From: Anaerolineales bacterium
GTDB taxonomy: Bacteria; Chloroflexota; Anaerolineae; Anaerolineales; E44-bin32
Direction: 5' to 3'
Length of the DNA: 64,000 nt
Assembly: GCA_037379555.1 (NCBI GenBank)
Contig: JARRJK010000013.1
Location: forward strand, 3,514-67,513
Positions 52,537-61,485 of this stretch are shown here, one piece after another (position 1 is the stretch's first letter; every line of letters starts with the position of its first letter). A model generated the notes under the pieces. That model did not search any database, had not been told where the DNA came from, and saw only the letters and a program-made list of their open reading frames with translations. The translations under genes were made by a program, and so were the position numbers.

Positions 52537-53309
52537 GCTGCGACTGCCCTCCGGGAAAGATCACCTTCGAGCAGAAGCAGCTGCTCTGGTTTATCGGCGT
52601 CCATTGCCAATTCTGCGAAGGGCGAGACCGTCGCCCGGCCCTTCAATTGAAGTCGCTTACTGACTTTGCGTTCAGCGCTTTCGAGCGTGAGCATGCGGGT
52701 GAGTGTTAAAAGCAGCAAATCCCAGCCGAGGAGCGACGCCTGTCGCAGGACGTTCTTCCGGGCCGCGATCAGCTTATCCCACAGTTCCTCCCTCGCAACG
52801 AGTCCGATGCGCACCACGTTCAGATCCCCACCACAGTATTCACCGCCACGGATGCGCAGAAAGGAGCGCCTGGATGATGGGAAGCGCTGCTCCATGACCT
52901 GACGTGAGACCACGGCGTAGTCCAGATCGGCATCCGCCTGGTTCGCGGCCTCGATGCGCCAATCGACGATTTCGGGTGTGATGGCCGGGATGTCGCAAGA
53001 GGCGAGCAGGACCCGCTGGCTGTCAGGCCGGTTAAGGCGGATCTGCTCCAACCCTGCTCTTGCGTTAGCCAGGATTCCATGGTTGTCCGCCAGGCAGTCC
53101 ATCTCCTTCGCGCTCTGCAGTCCAGCATTCGGCTCGAGGCCGATCAGCACGATACGGTCTACCCGCTGCGAAGCAGAGAGGGCATCGATGACCCATTGCA
53201 CCATCGGCCGCCCGGCGATGGGTATCAAAGCCTTGCTCGTCTCTCCATAGAGTTCGAAAAGCGGTTCGGTTGGCTCGATCGTTCCTCCTGCCAGGACGAT
53301 TGCATCCAT
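52533..53309 (-). CDS. MobA-like NTP-transferase family protein
   Basis: MDAIVLAGGTIEP...ALIPIAGRPMVQWVIDAL is a nucleotide-binding N-terminus. ATGA overlap with the PAP2 gene. Confidence 0.6.
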   Translation of the reverse strand: MDAIVLAGGTIEPTEPLFELYGETSKALIPIAGRPMVQWVIDALSASQRVDRIVLIGLEPNAGLQSAKEMDCLADNHGILANARAGLEQIRLNRPDSQRVLLASCDIPAITPEIVDWRIEAANQADADLDYAVVSRQVMEQRFPSSRRSFLRIRGGEYCGGDLNVVRIGLVAREELWDKLIAARKNVLRQASLLGWDLLLLTLTRMLTLESAERKVSKRLQLKGRATVSPFAELAMDADKPEQLLLLEGDLSRRAVAA

Positions 53310-53314
53310 CTGCT

Positions 53315-53686
53315 TCACCTCTTTCGGCCTTCTGCCGCGCTTCCCGTGCAGCGCTGCCACAGAAAGGCATCCAGATCTATCCGGCCGCGATCATCGAAGC
53401 GGACACCTTCATCTTCGAGCAGAGCTCGCTGGAGTTCATGGCCGGGGCGCAGGCTGCTCTCGCCGCGCGCGTTGAGCACCCGGTGCCAGGGCACACCTTC
53501 CGGGCATTTAGCCAGCGCGTATCCAGCCCAACGCGCTTTGACCTGATCGTAGGCTAGTGGGTCGATGCCCGCCGGTGGGGGGATCATCGCTGCGAGCCGG
53601 CCGTAGGTGCAAACCCGGCCCGGCGGTATTTGGCGGCACAGCTCATAGATCTGGCTATCGAATTCAGCACGTGGTTTGGAGGGCAT
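53315..53686 (-). CDS. Alkyltransferase-like (ATL) protein: MGMT DNA-binding domain lacking the acceptor Cys
   Basis: PPGRVCTYGRLA...VPWHRVLN. PWHRV replaces the PCHRV active site. Confidence 0.75.
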   Translation of the reverse strand: MPSKPRAEFDSQIYELCRQIPPGRVCTYGRLAAMIPPPAGIDPLAYDQVKARWAGYALAKCPEGVPWHRVLNARGESSLRPGHELQRALLEDEGVRFDDRGRIDLDAFLWQRCTGSAAEGRKR

Positions 53687-53691
53687 CGCGT

Positions 53692-54645
53692 TTAATTCTC
53701 CCGAGCTTCTGCATTCAACACGCGCCGCTGAGGCTGCAAGCTAATCTCATCGATGATCGCCTGCAGCTCCCCCTGCGTCAGGTGGCGGCCCTTGCCGGAG
53801 GCTGCGATCAGGGCAGCTTCCATCATGTTCGTGCCGAAGGAGCGGCCGTCGATGACGGGTGTCGAAGTTATCAGATCAGCGACACCAGCCTCTCGAAAGC
53901 GCTGGACATCACGGTCCGTTGTTGTGTTGGTGATGATGATCTTGCCGGGCAGTTCGGCAGGCATGTAGCGGCGGATGTAGTGGCAGTCACCGGCGATGAC
54001 GCTCGCCCAGCGGTAGTAGCGGCCCCAGCGCGGCCGGGAGCTCTCCTGTTTTTCACCCGTTGGGTACAACCACTCAAACGGCAGCCGGCCGACGATCGGA
54101 AGCAAGAGCCGGGCGAGCAGGCGCAGTGCTCGCTCACTGTGCAAAGGCAGTGGCAGGCCCAGGCCGAACATCAAGTCGCCGATCACGCATTCATAGCCTC
54201 CGGCAAGGAAGCTGTGGGCCATTCCCCAGCGGTCGGCGCCGCTGGTGACGAGGGCCCGGCGCGGCCGTTCACCAAGGCCGACGTGCTCATCGACAAATGC
54301 GGCCAGCTGAGCTTCAATCGTATTCTTCAATCCGGAACCATCTGCGATCGGTGTGAGCGTGACGTCGCGCACGAGGCTCTGCACAGAGTAGAGGGGGTAG
54401 GTGCGGTCCGCAACCCGCAGGGCCAGGTCGGTCCCACCGACGCCGAAGGCGTCGATCTTCCCATCGAGTTCACGGAACAGTTGCGCGGCACGCTGCATAT
54501 CGCCATCGGTGCCGATGCGTTCGATCTGCACCTGCTGGCCAAGAAGCTCGATCTGAACCGACTTGTCACGCCTGGAAGAGCCGATGCTGATGCTGACTGC
54601 GCGTTTCAATACGCCTCCCGGCAGAGATTCCGCTATGTTCCCCAA
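53692..54645 (-). CDS. Conserved protein of unknown function
   Basis: 317 aa. The N-terminus AVSISIGSSRRDKSVQIELLGQQVQIERIGTDGDMQRAAQLFRELDGKIDAFGVGGTDL recalls a family I have seen labelled quinate 5-dehydrogenase-like without experimental support. I could not verify that here. Confidence 0.45.
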   Translation of the reverse strand: MGNIAESLPGGVLKRAVSISIGSSRRDKSVQIELLGQQVQIERIGTDGDMQRAAQLFRELDGKIDAFGVGGTDLALRVADRTYPLYSVQSLVRDVTLTPIADGSGLKNTIEAQLAAFVDEHVGLGERPRRALVTSGADRWGMAHSFLAGGYECVIGDLMFGLGLPLPLHSERALRLLARLLLPIVGRLPFEWLYPTGEKQESSRPRWGRYYRWASVIAGDCHYIRRYMPAELPGKIIITNTTTDRDVQRFREAGVADLITSTPVIDGRSFGTNMMEAALIAASGKGRHLTQGELQAIIDEISLQPQRRVLNAEAREN

Positions 54646-55466
54646 TCCCGCAGGTAAAGAAAATCATAGCCAACGGTGCGGTTGCTTAATTTGGCGATCG
54701 GCGGGAGCACACGCTTGTACTGTGTTTGGCGGATGCGCTCAACGACGTTCTCAACGAAGGTTCGGTTGAATCCGGCTTCGATGCAAGATTGCGGCGAGTA
54801 GCGCTGGTCGACAAGCTTGAACAGCAGGCGGTCGACGTCCGCATATGTGAAACCCAGCTCGCCTTCATCTGTCTGTCCGACCCACAGATCTGCTGAAGGC
54901 GGCTTCTCAATGATGATTTCCGGGACACCGATTGCCCGTGCGAGCTGTCGGACCTGTGTCTTATAGAGATCGCCGATCGGATTGAGCGCGCTGGCGCTAT
55001 CGCCGAACAACGTTGTGTAGCCAAGCAGGATTTCGGTCTTGTTGCCGGTGCCGATCACCAGTCCATCGAAGGCAGCCGAATGGTCGTAAAGCACGATCAT
55101 GCGCGCCCGGGCCATCACGTTGCCACGCCGCACCTGATCCATGCCTGGATGGGATTCGAAATAGGGTTCGACCATCGGCGTGATGTCGTAGGTTTTCGAC
55201 TGCACGCCGGTTTTCTCGATCACCAGCTTTGCGTGTTCCCTTGATTCGGGGCTGGATGAGGCATATGGCAGCATGAGCGCAAGCACGTTCTCCGGGCCGA
55301 TAGCCTGGGCAGAGAGGAAGCAGGCCAGGGCGGAATCGATCCCTCCCGATACGCCGACCACACCGCGCTCAAAGCCGGCGCGTTGAATCTCTGAGCGAAT
55401 GAAGCCGGTCAGGATGCGGGTCGTCAGCTCGGGGTTGATGGCGAGCGATTCCTTGTCTTCCACCAT
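54633..55466 (-). CDS. nadE: NAD+ synthetase (NadE, synthetase domain only)
   Basis: GVSGGIDSA PP-loop. ATG at 55466 with AAAGGA upstream. Confidence 0.9.
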   Translation of the reverse strand: MVEDKESLAINPELTTRILTGFIRSEIQRAGFERGVVGVSGGIDSALACFLSAQAIGPENVLALMLPYASSSPESREHAKLVIEKTGVQSKTYDITPMVEPYFESHPGMDQVRRGNVMARARMIVLYDHSAAFDGLVIGTGNKTEILLGYTTLFGDSASALNPIGDLYKTQVRQLARAIGVPEIIIEKPPSADLWVGQTDEGELGFTYADVDRLLFKLVDQRYSPQSCIEAGFNRTFVENVVERIRQTQYKRVLPPIAKLSNRTVGYDFLYLRDWGT

Positions 55467-55493
55467 GGAAAATCCTTTCAACCGCCCTGGCGA

Positions 55494-56369
55494 TCAGGAC
55501 CGGCTGTTCGTCGGGCGGGTCCGATCGAGAATGCGCGCCAGTTCCTTCGACATCAGATGCGTGCGTTCGTCGCGCAAGACCGGCAGGCGGGCGCGTGTGC
55601 GGTGCAGCTGCGCAAGATCGAGTTCGGCAAAGGTGAGCGCAGGTTCGTGATCCGGGCCTCGGACCAGCAGCAGGCCGTCCGGATCAAAGACCGTGGCTCC
55701 ACCCCAGAAGTTCAACCCATCTTCGAACCCGACCCGATTGGTATGGGCGACGAAGATCGTGAAAAGGCTGGCGTAGGCCTGGTTGATGCGCTCAACCCAG
55801 TGGGCCGATTCGAGCCGGTCGGCATGTGAAAGGCCCCGGCCAGGGGAGGCTGAGATCATGATCAGCAACTCGGCGCCATCGAGCCAGAGCAGATAGGGAG
55901 GTGAGGCATGCCAGAAATCCTCGCAGATCAGCATTCCGAAACGGCCCAGCCGGGTGTCGAAAGCGCGCACGGAATCTCCCCAGGCGAAGAAGCGCCCCTC
56001 ATCGAAGAGCCCGTACGTTGGCAGGTATACCTTACGGTGGATATGGACGACCTCTCCCCGCGAGAGATAGGCTGCCGCGATGTAGAATCGTTGGCGCCGT
56101 TCCGCTTCCACAAAACCCACGACCAGATCGAGATCCTTGCTCGCTTGCAGCAGCTGGCCGAAGACTGGATCCTGCGCGTCTGGGTGCATGGCCACTTCCG
56201 GCGTCAGGTCTTGCAAGACATAACCGGTCATTGAGAGTTCGGGGAAAACCAGCAGGTCCGCAGCTTCTTTGCGAGCGCGCTCGATCAATGAAAGGTGCTG
56301 CGCGAGATTCGCGTCGAGATCGCCGAGGACGGTATTGATTTGGGCCAGGCCAAGCTTGAGTTTCGACAT
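55494..56369 (-). CDS. Carbon-nitrogen hydrolase (nitrilase superfamily), probable glutaminase partner of NadE
   Basis: FPELSMTGY (Glu), HRKVYLP (Lys) and LICEDFW (Cys) form the catalytic triad pattern. It sits directly upstream of nadE. Confidence 0.8.
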   Translation of the reverse strand: MSKLKLGLAQINTVLGDLDANLAQHLSLIERARKEAADLLVFPELSMTGYVLQDLTPEVAMHPDAQDPVFGQLLQASKDLDLVVGFVEAERRQRFYIAAAYLSRGEVVHIHRKVYLPTYGLFDEGRFFAWGDSVRAFDTRLGRFGMLICEDFWHASPPYLLWLDGAELLIMISASPGRGLSHADRLESAHWVERINQAYASLFTIFVAHTNRVGFEDGLNFWGGATVFDPDGLLLVRGPDHEPALTFAELDLAQLHRTRARLPVLRDERTHLMSKELARILDRTRPTNSRS

Positions 56370-56454
56370 GGTGCTCCTAACGGTGCACAGATCTTCGGCG
56401 TCTGGCGGCGAATACTCGAATACGGCGCGGGGTCGGGTGAGCCACCAGCGCCTC

Positions 56455-57237
56455 TCAACCCTTCTGGAAGGATATCAGGAAAGCGGATGCTCCGGCAATG
56501 GACAGCGCCAGGCCGGCCAGCGTGTCTGCCCGCATGTGGAACACGATGGGCACTGGATCAGCCCGAGCCAGGCTGGCACGCAGAATGCTCAGAGCGACCG
56601 CAGTGAAACTGATGGCCGCGAGCCGGCCGGACGGCATCCTGCAGGCCGTGGTGAAATTCAATAGGGCGAGTCCACCCAGAAGCGGGATCAAGCCTATCAG
56701 CGCGGCCGGCCAGCGGGAACTGCGTGTCGCGAACATATCGTAGGTGTTGAAGAGTGGGAGAGAAGCCCGCACCGGAATTCCGTATGCACAACCATCCAAC
56801 CAGCAGCCCATCCAGCAGCCTATGGCGACGATCAACCCAGGGATAGCAAGCCGGTCGAGGATCGCGCGCAGCGGAAGGTCGGAAACCAGCGCGTAAATCC
56901 CGGCTCCGAGTACAGCGCCGACCGCTCCGCCGGCTCCGTTCAACCCTCCCTGCCACAGCCAGAGGATCTCAACCGGGTGCTCAAAGTAGTACGCTGCATA
57001 AGCCCCGACGAAGCACAGCCGGGCCAGCAGGAGCCCTAATCCCAGGGACCACGCAGCCGCGGGCAGCAGATCTTGCACGGTCTCAGTTGACTCGCGGCTC
57101 GCATCCTGGAGCATCAGCCAGGCGATGCTGAGCAGCACCCCGGCGGAGAAGATCCACGGGTAGACGATGGCCGCACCTCCCTGCAGGCAGCAATAATACA
57201 CCGCCGCCGCAGGCATATCAATCATGGAAATCTGCAC
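56455..57237 (-). CDS. Prolipoprotein diacylglyceryl transferase (Lgt)-like membrane protein
   Basis: 260 aa, polytopic. WQGGLNGAGGAVG and IGCWMGCWLDGCAYG resemble Lgt motifs. The family assignment is tentative. Confidence 0.5.
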   Translation of the reverse strand: MQISMIDMPAAAVYYCCLQGGAAIVYPWIFSAGVLLSIAWLMLQDASRESTETVQDLLPAAAWSLGLGLLLARLCFVGAYAAYYFEHPVEILWLWQGGLNGAGGAVGAVLGAGIYALVSDLPLRAILDRLAIPGLIVAIGCWMGCWLDGCAYGIPVRASLPLFNTYDMFATRSSRWPAALIGLIPLLGGLALLNFTTACRMPSGRLAAISFTAVALSILRASLARADPVPIVFHMRADTLAGLALSIAGASAFLISFQKG

Positions 57238-57309
57238 TCCGGCTGTGGGCGGATTTCGTTGGAACGCGGGCGATTGTATAATCTGCTACCCAATGGAGGA
57301 GAAGAGCTT

Positions 57310-58458
57310 ATGGCTGAATTGGAAATCACAACTGTCGAATCTCCTGCTGAGCTGCTGGAATTCATCAGCTTGCCCTGGAAGGTCTACCAGGGAAATCGCT
57401 ACTGGGTACCCCCGCTGATCTCGGAGCGGCAGGAGTTCCTTGATCCGAACAGGAACGCATTCTTCGAGCACGCACACGCACGGTACTTCATCGCGCGGCG
57501 TGCCGGAGAGTCCGTTGGGACGATCGCAGCCTTTACCAACGACGCCTACAATCAGTTTCAAGGGGTGAACTTGGGTTTCTTCGGATTCTTTGAAGTGCTG
57601 CCAGACCCGGAGGCGGCAGGAGCGCTCCTGAAGGCAGCCGAGGGCTGGATCCATGATTCCGGGCATGATGCGATGCTCGGACCGGCGCAGTTCTCAACGA
57701 ACGACGAATCGTTCCTGCTGATCGATGGTTTCGATGATCCACCGCGCGCCCTGATGACCTACAATCCACCTTACTACAAGAACTACATCGAGGCGGCGGG
57801 CCTGACGAAAGCGATGGACGTCTGGGCTTACTCGATCAGCGTGCCAGACTTCATCAAAAATGTTCCCGAGAAACTTGTGCGCGTGGCCGAGAAGGTGCGC
57901 GAACGTTTTGGATTGCACATTCGCCCGATCCGCATGAGCGAATTCGATGTCGAGGTGGAGCGCTTCAAGAAGGTCTATAACAGCTCCTGGGAAAAGAACT
58001 GGGGCTTCGTACCCATGACCGACGCCGAAATCGACCATCTCGCCGCGAGCCTGAAGCCGATCATTGACCCGAACCTGGTGCTGATGGTGGAGGTCGATGG
58101 CGAGGTGGTGGGCAGTTCGCTCTCCATTCCGGACCTGAATCAAGCGCTTCTGCCGGCCTACCCGCGCCCGGGGAAGCCTGAGCTGCTCACCATGGCGCAG
58201 TTGTTCTGGAACTGGAAGATCCGGCGCAAAGTCGAATGGCTGCGGGTCGTGGCGCTCGGGGTGCTGCCGCAGTATCGGGCGAAGGGCGTCGATGCCCTGA
58301 TGTACCTGGAGACGGCCAAACGTGCGGCTCCCAAGGGGTACAAGTGGGCTGAGATGAGCTGGATTCTCGAGACGAATGAAATGATGAATCGCTCAATCCG
58401 CATGCTGGGGGGCGAAATCTACAAGACCTACCGCATGTACGAAAAGCCCGTACGCTGA
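57310..58458 (+). CDS. Putative GNAT-fold acyltransferase-like protein
   Basis: 383 aa, ATG with GGAGGAGAAGAG upstream. It resembles a widespread uncharacterised N-acetyltransferase-like family. Assignment by recollection only. Confidence 0.5.
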   Translation: MAELEITTVESPAELLEFISLPWKVYQGNRYWVPPLISERQEFLDPNRNAFFEHAHARYFIARRAGESVGTIAAFTNDAYNQFQGVNLGFFGFFEVLPDPEAAGALLKAAEGWIHDSGHDAMLGPAQFSTNDESFLLIDGFDDPPRALMTYNPPYYKNYIEAAGLTKAMDVWAYSISVPDFIKNVPEKLVRVAEKVRERFGLHIRPIRMSEFDVEVERFKKVYNSSWEKNWGFVPMTDAEIDHLAASLKPIIDPNLVLMVEVDGEVVGSSLSIPDLNQALLPAYPRPGKPELLTMAQLFWNWKIRRKVEWLRVVALGVLPQYRAKGVDALMYLETAKRAAPKGYKWAEMSWILETNEMMNRSIRMLGGEIYKTYRMYEKPVR

Positions 58459-58592
58459 CGGTTGGAAATATTGCGGTCTGCAAAGGTCGCAGGGCGGAAT
58501 GTCTGCTGGTTGTCGGTTTTCCGGTATGATGTATTAAGGTTCCTGCCCTATCCTCGGAGCGAGCGAAGGTCTGGAGGAGAAGGGAGGCCTGA

Positions 58593-59204
58593 GTGTTGGA
58601 ATCGCCGTTATTCCCAAATTTGCTCTATCTGGTGCTCGTGGCCGGGATCTGGATCGCCGCGCTGGCAGTCGTCAGCCCGGGGACGGGCGTGCTCGAGCTG
58701 CTGGCGCTGCTGGCCCTGGGTGCGGCTGGCGTAGGGACGCTATTCGCACCACTCAATGCATGGGCGCTGCTGCTGCTGCTCGCCGGCGCCGTGTTCTTCG
58801 TGCTTTCACTGCGCTTCATCAAGCCCGGAATCGGCTTGGTTATTTCGGCGCTGGCGTTCAGCCTGGGTTCGACTTTCCTGTTCGAGCCGCAGCAGGGCAT
58901 TGTGGCCGTGCATCCGATCCTGGCGCTCGTCGTATCGCTGCTCACCATCGGTTACTTCTGGCTGGCCGTGCGCAGTACCGTGCTGGCGCAGCGTTCTCTG
59001 CCGACGATCGACCTCTCACGGGTGATTGGAGCGGTCGGTGAGGTGCGTACGCCGCTTGACCCACAGGGCTCGATCTACGTCCTGGGTGAACTCTGGACAG
59101 CAGAAAGCGAAACCCCGGTGCAGCCTGGCCAGCATGTGAAGGTTATCGCCCGTGACGGGCTGATGCTGACGGTTATACCCATTGAGAATGAAAAGACTCA
59201 TTGA
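58593..59204 (+). CDS. NfeD-family membrane protein
   Basis: 4-5 TM helices plus a C-terminal OB-like domain GEVRTPLDPQGSIYVLGELWTAES...VKVIARDGLMLTV. It precedes an SPFH gene. Confidence 0.8.
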   Translation: MLESPLFPNLLYLVLVAGIWIAALAVVSPGTGVLELLALLALGAAGVGTLFAPLNAWALLLLLAGAVFFVLSLRFIKPGIGLVISALAFSLGSTFLFEPQQGIVAVHPILALVVSLLTIGYFWLAVRSTVLAQRSLPTIDLSRVIGAVGEVRTPLDPQGSIYVLGELWTAESETPVQPGQHVKVIARDGLMLTVIPIENEKTH

Positions 59205-59231
59205 TCGGATAGATAGAAGGAGGTTGAAGGC

Positions 59232-60122
59232 ATGAATGTCACAGTCCTTGCTTGTCTGGTTGGAACTGTAGGGTTGGTCGCTCTGGCCGTCCTCGGCAGC
59301 GCGATCCGCATCGTTCAGGAATACGAGCGACTGGTCGTCTTTCGGCTTGGCCGCTGCGTGGGTGAGCGTGGGCCGGGCCTGGTGCTGCTGATCCCGTTCA
59401 TCGAGCGCGGGGTGAAGGTTGACCTGCGTGAGCAGGTGCGCGAAATCCCTCACCAGACTTCGATCACGCTTGACAACGCCCCGATCGCGATCGACTTCAT
59501 CTGGTACTACAAAGTCATCGACGCGATGCAGAGCGTGATTCAGGTTGGCAACTTCGAGGCGGCTGCGCAGGGCATGGCAACCACCACGTTGCGTTCTGTG
59601 ATCGGCGGCATTGCGCTGGATGATGTGCTCTCGCAGCGAGACCACATCAACCAGATGCTGCGCGTCAAGCTGGACGAGGTCACCGAACGCTGGGGTGTGA
59701 AGGTCACCAACGTCGAGATCCGCGAGATCATTCCACCCAAAGACGTCCAGGACGCGATGAACCGGCAGATGACGGCCGAGCGCGTACGGCGCGCCGTGGT
59801 GACCGAGTCAACCGGCCAGCGCGAAGCGGCGGTGAATGTGGCGGACGGCGAGAAGCAGGCCGCTATCTTGCGTGCCGAGGGTGACAAGCAATCGAACATC
59901 CTGCGGGCGGAAGGCGACCGGGAAGCGCAACTCCTGCGGGCGGAGGGCTTCTCCAGCGCGCTGGAGAAAATTTACGGCATCGCAAAGTCGATTGATCAGA
60001 AGACGATGACGCTGCAGTACTTCGAGACGTTGAAGACCATGGGCACCAGCCCTGCGACGAAGTTCATCTTCCCGATGGAATTCACCAGCTTGCTGGACAG
60101 CTTCCGCAAGGGTGAGGAGTAG
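59232..60122 (+). CDS. SPFH/Band 7 (stomatin-like) protein
   Basis: IRIVQEYERLVVFRLGR...PGLVLLIPFIE and an AEG repeat region RAEGDKQSNILRAEGDREAQLLRAEG. Confidence 0.9.
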   Translation: MNVTVLACLVGTVGLVALAVLGSAIRIVQEYERLVVFRLGRCVGERGPGLVLLIPFIERGVKVDLREQVREIPHQTSITLDNAPIAIDFIWYYKVIDAMQSVIQVGNFEAAAQGMATTTLRSVIGGIALDDVLSQRDHINQMLRVKLDEVTERWGVKVTNVEIREIIPPKDVQDAMNRQMTAERVRRAVVTESTGQREAAVNVADGEKQAAILRAEGDKQSNILRAEGDREAQLLRAEGFSSALEKIYGIAKSIDQKTMTLQYFETLKTMGTSPATKFIFPMEFTSLLDSFRKGEE

Positions 60123-60162
60123 ACCGACGCGGATAACAAACGGATCTTATCGAGAGGACAAG

Positions 60163-60600
60163 GTGGAAATTCGCGCCGCGAGCTGGCGCGATTTCCGCCC
60201 GGTCCACCGTTTGGAAAAGGTCTGCTTTCAGAAGGATGCGTGGCCCTGGATTGATATTCTGGCTGCGCTGACATTCCCGGAGACGGTGCGCCTGGTTGCC
60301 GAAAGCAACGGGCGCATCGTCGGCTGTGTGGTCGGGGACCGCCGCCAGCGGAAGCGGATGGGGTGGATCGCGACGATCGGCGTGCATCCCGATTTCCGCG
60401 GGCGGCGAATAGGGGCCCAGCTGCTGGAAGCCTGTGAACGTGCCCTCGACGTGCCGAATGTCCGCCTCAGCCTGCGTCCCTCGAACGCGGCCGCGCTGCA
60501 GCTCTACCGCCGGCAGGGATATACCGAGATCGATCGCTGGCCACGCTACTATCGCGGCGGTGAGGATGCCCTGGTGATGGAGAAGCTTATCTCCGCTTGA
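60163..60600 (+). CDS. rimI: GNAT acetyltransferase, RimI-like
   Basis: IATIGVHPDFRGRRIGAQLL (acetyl-CoA binding motif A). GTG start with GAGAGGA upstream. Confidence 0.65.
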   Translation: MEIRAASWRDFRPVHRLEKVCFQKDAWPWIDILAALTFPETVRLVAESNGRIVGCVVGDRRQRKRMGWIATIGVHPDFRGRRIGAQLLEACERALDVPNVRLSLRPSNAAALQLYRRQGYTEIDRWPRYYRGGEDALVMEKLISA

Positions 60601-60622
60601 TTTCGCGCCGTGTGATTGGCCT

Positions 60623-60651
60623 TTGACCGGCTCACCCGGCTCTGGTACAAT
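60623..60651 (+). promoter_or_regulatory. Sigma70-type promoter of rplI (TTGACC-N17-TACAAT)
   Basis: -35 at 60623..60628 and -10 at 60646..60651. The leader contains a 9-bp stem GAGCGCCGC-AC-GCGGCGCTC at 60684..60703. Confidence 0.5.
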
Positions 60652-60734
60652 CACCACCTGCAGGGCGTGGTACCCTTCGCCCGGAGCGCCGCACGCGGCG
60701 CTCATACTTTGTGAACGAAAGGGCTTGAGGAACG

Positions 60735-61412
60735 ATGAAAGTATTACTCCTGAAGGACGTCTACAAGTTAGGCCGGGCGGGCGATGTTAAGAAGGTCGCC
60801 GATGGATACGGGCGCAACTTCCTGCTCCCGCAGCGTTTGGCCACACTGGCCACGCCGGGTGCGATGAAGCACGCCGAGCGAATTCGCGATGCGGCAGCCA
60901 AGGAACGCGCCCGGCTGAACGAGGAATTAGGCGCAGTCGCAGAACAACTCAACGGCACAACGCTCACCTTCCCGGTCAAGGCCGGTGAGACAGGCAAGCT
61001 TTACGGCTCAATCACCCCGGCGATGATCATGGACGCGATCGAAGCCGAAAAGGGCATCCAGATCGACAAACGCCAACTGGATGCGCAGCCGATCAAGACG
61101 CTTGGCGTGCATAAGGTTGAGGTGCGGCTCACCATTGATTTGGTGCCCGAACTGACAGTTGTCGTGCACCGCGAGGGCGAAGCGCCCGAAACAGCCTACG
61201 GCCTTGAGGAAGAACTGGTGGAAGAGGCCGAGCAGGCCGGCCAGTTCGTCGATCTGCAAGCCGAGCTCGAAGCGGAGTTCGATGTCGCGCTCGAAGAAGC
61301 CGAGGCCGAGATGGAAGAGATGCTCCAGGGCGAGCCTGGCGAAACGCCGCCTGATACCTTCTTGGAGCAGGACGCCGAGGCTGAGTCCGGCAGCGAAACC
61401 GACGAAGGCTGA
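60735..61412 (+). CDS. rplI: 50S ribosomal protein L9 with a roughly 75-aa acidic C-terminal extension
   Basis: MKVLLLKDVYKLGRAGDVKKVADGYGRNFLLPQRLA is the L9 N-domain. The tail is rich in E/D/A. Confidence 0.9.
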   Translation: MKVLLLKDVYKLGRAGDVKKVADGYGRNFLLPQRLATLATPGAMKHAERIRDAAAKERARLNEELGAVAEQLNGTTLTFPVKAGETGKLYGSITPAMIMDAIEAEKGIQIDKRQLDAQPIKTLGVHKVEVRLTIDLVPELTVVVHREGEAPETAYGLEEELVEEAEQAGQFVDLQAELEAEFDVALEEAEAEMEEMLQGEPGETPPDTFLEQDAEAESGSETDEG

Positions 61413-61426
61413 TCCAAACAGCCCCT

Positions 61427-61474
61427 AACCACCGGCGTCAGTTCGTTTCGTCCTGGCCGGTGGTTTGCTTTTTC
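61427..61474 (+). terminator. Intrinsic terminator after rplI
   Basis: AACCACCGGC...GCCGGTGGTT forms a 10-bp stem with an 18-nt loop, followed by TGCTTTTT. Confidence 0.55.
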
Positions 61475-61485
61475 TGGTGATCTCG

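Noticed and set aside
53557-54657. 366-aa plus-strand ORF
   Set aside because: It is antisense to the ATL gene and the 317-aa conserved gene, and its composition is typical of a shadow frame.
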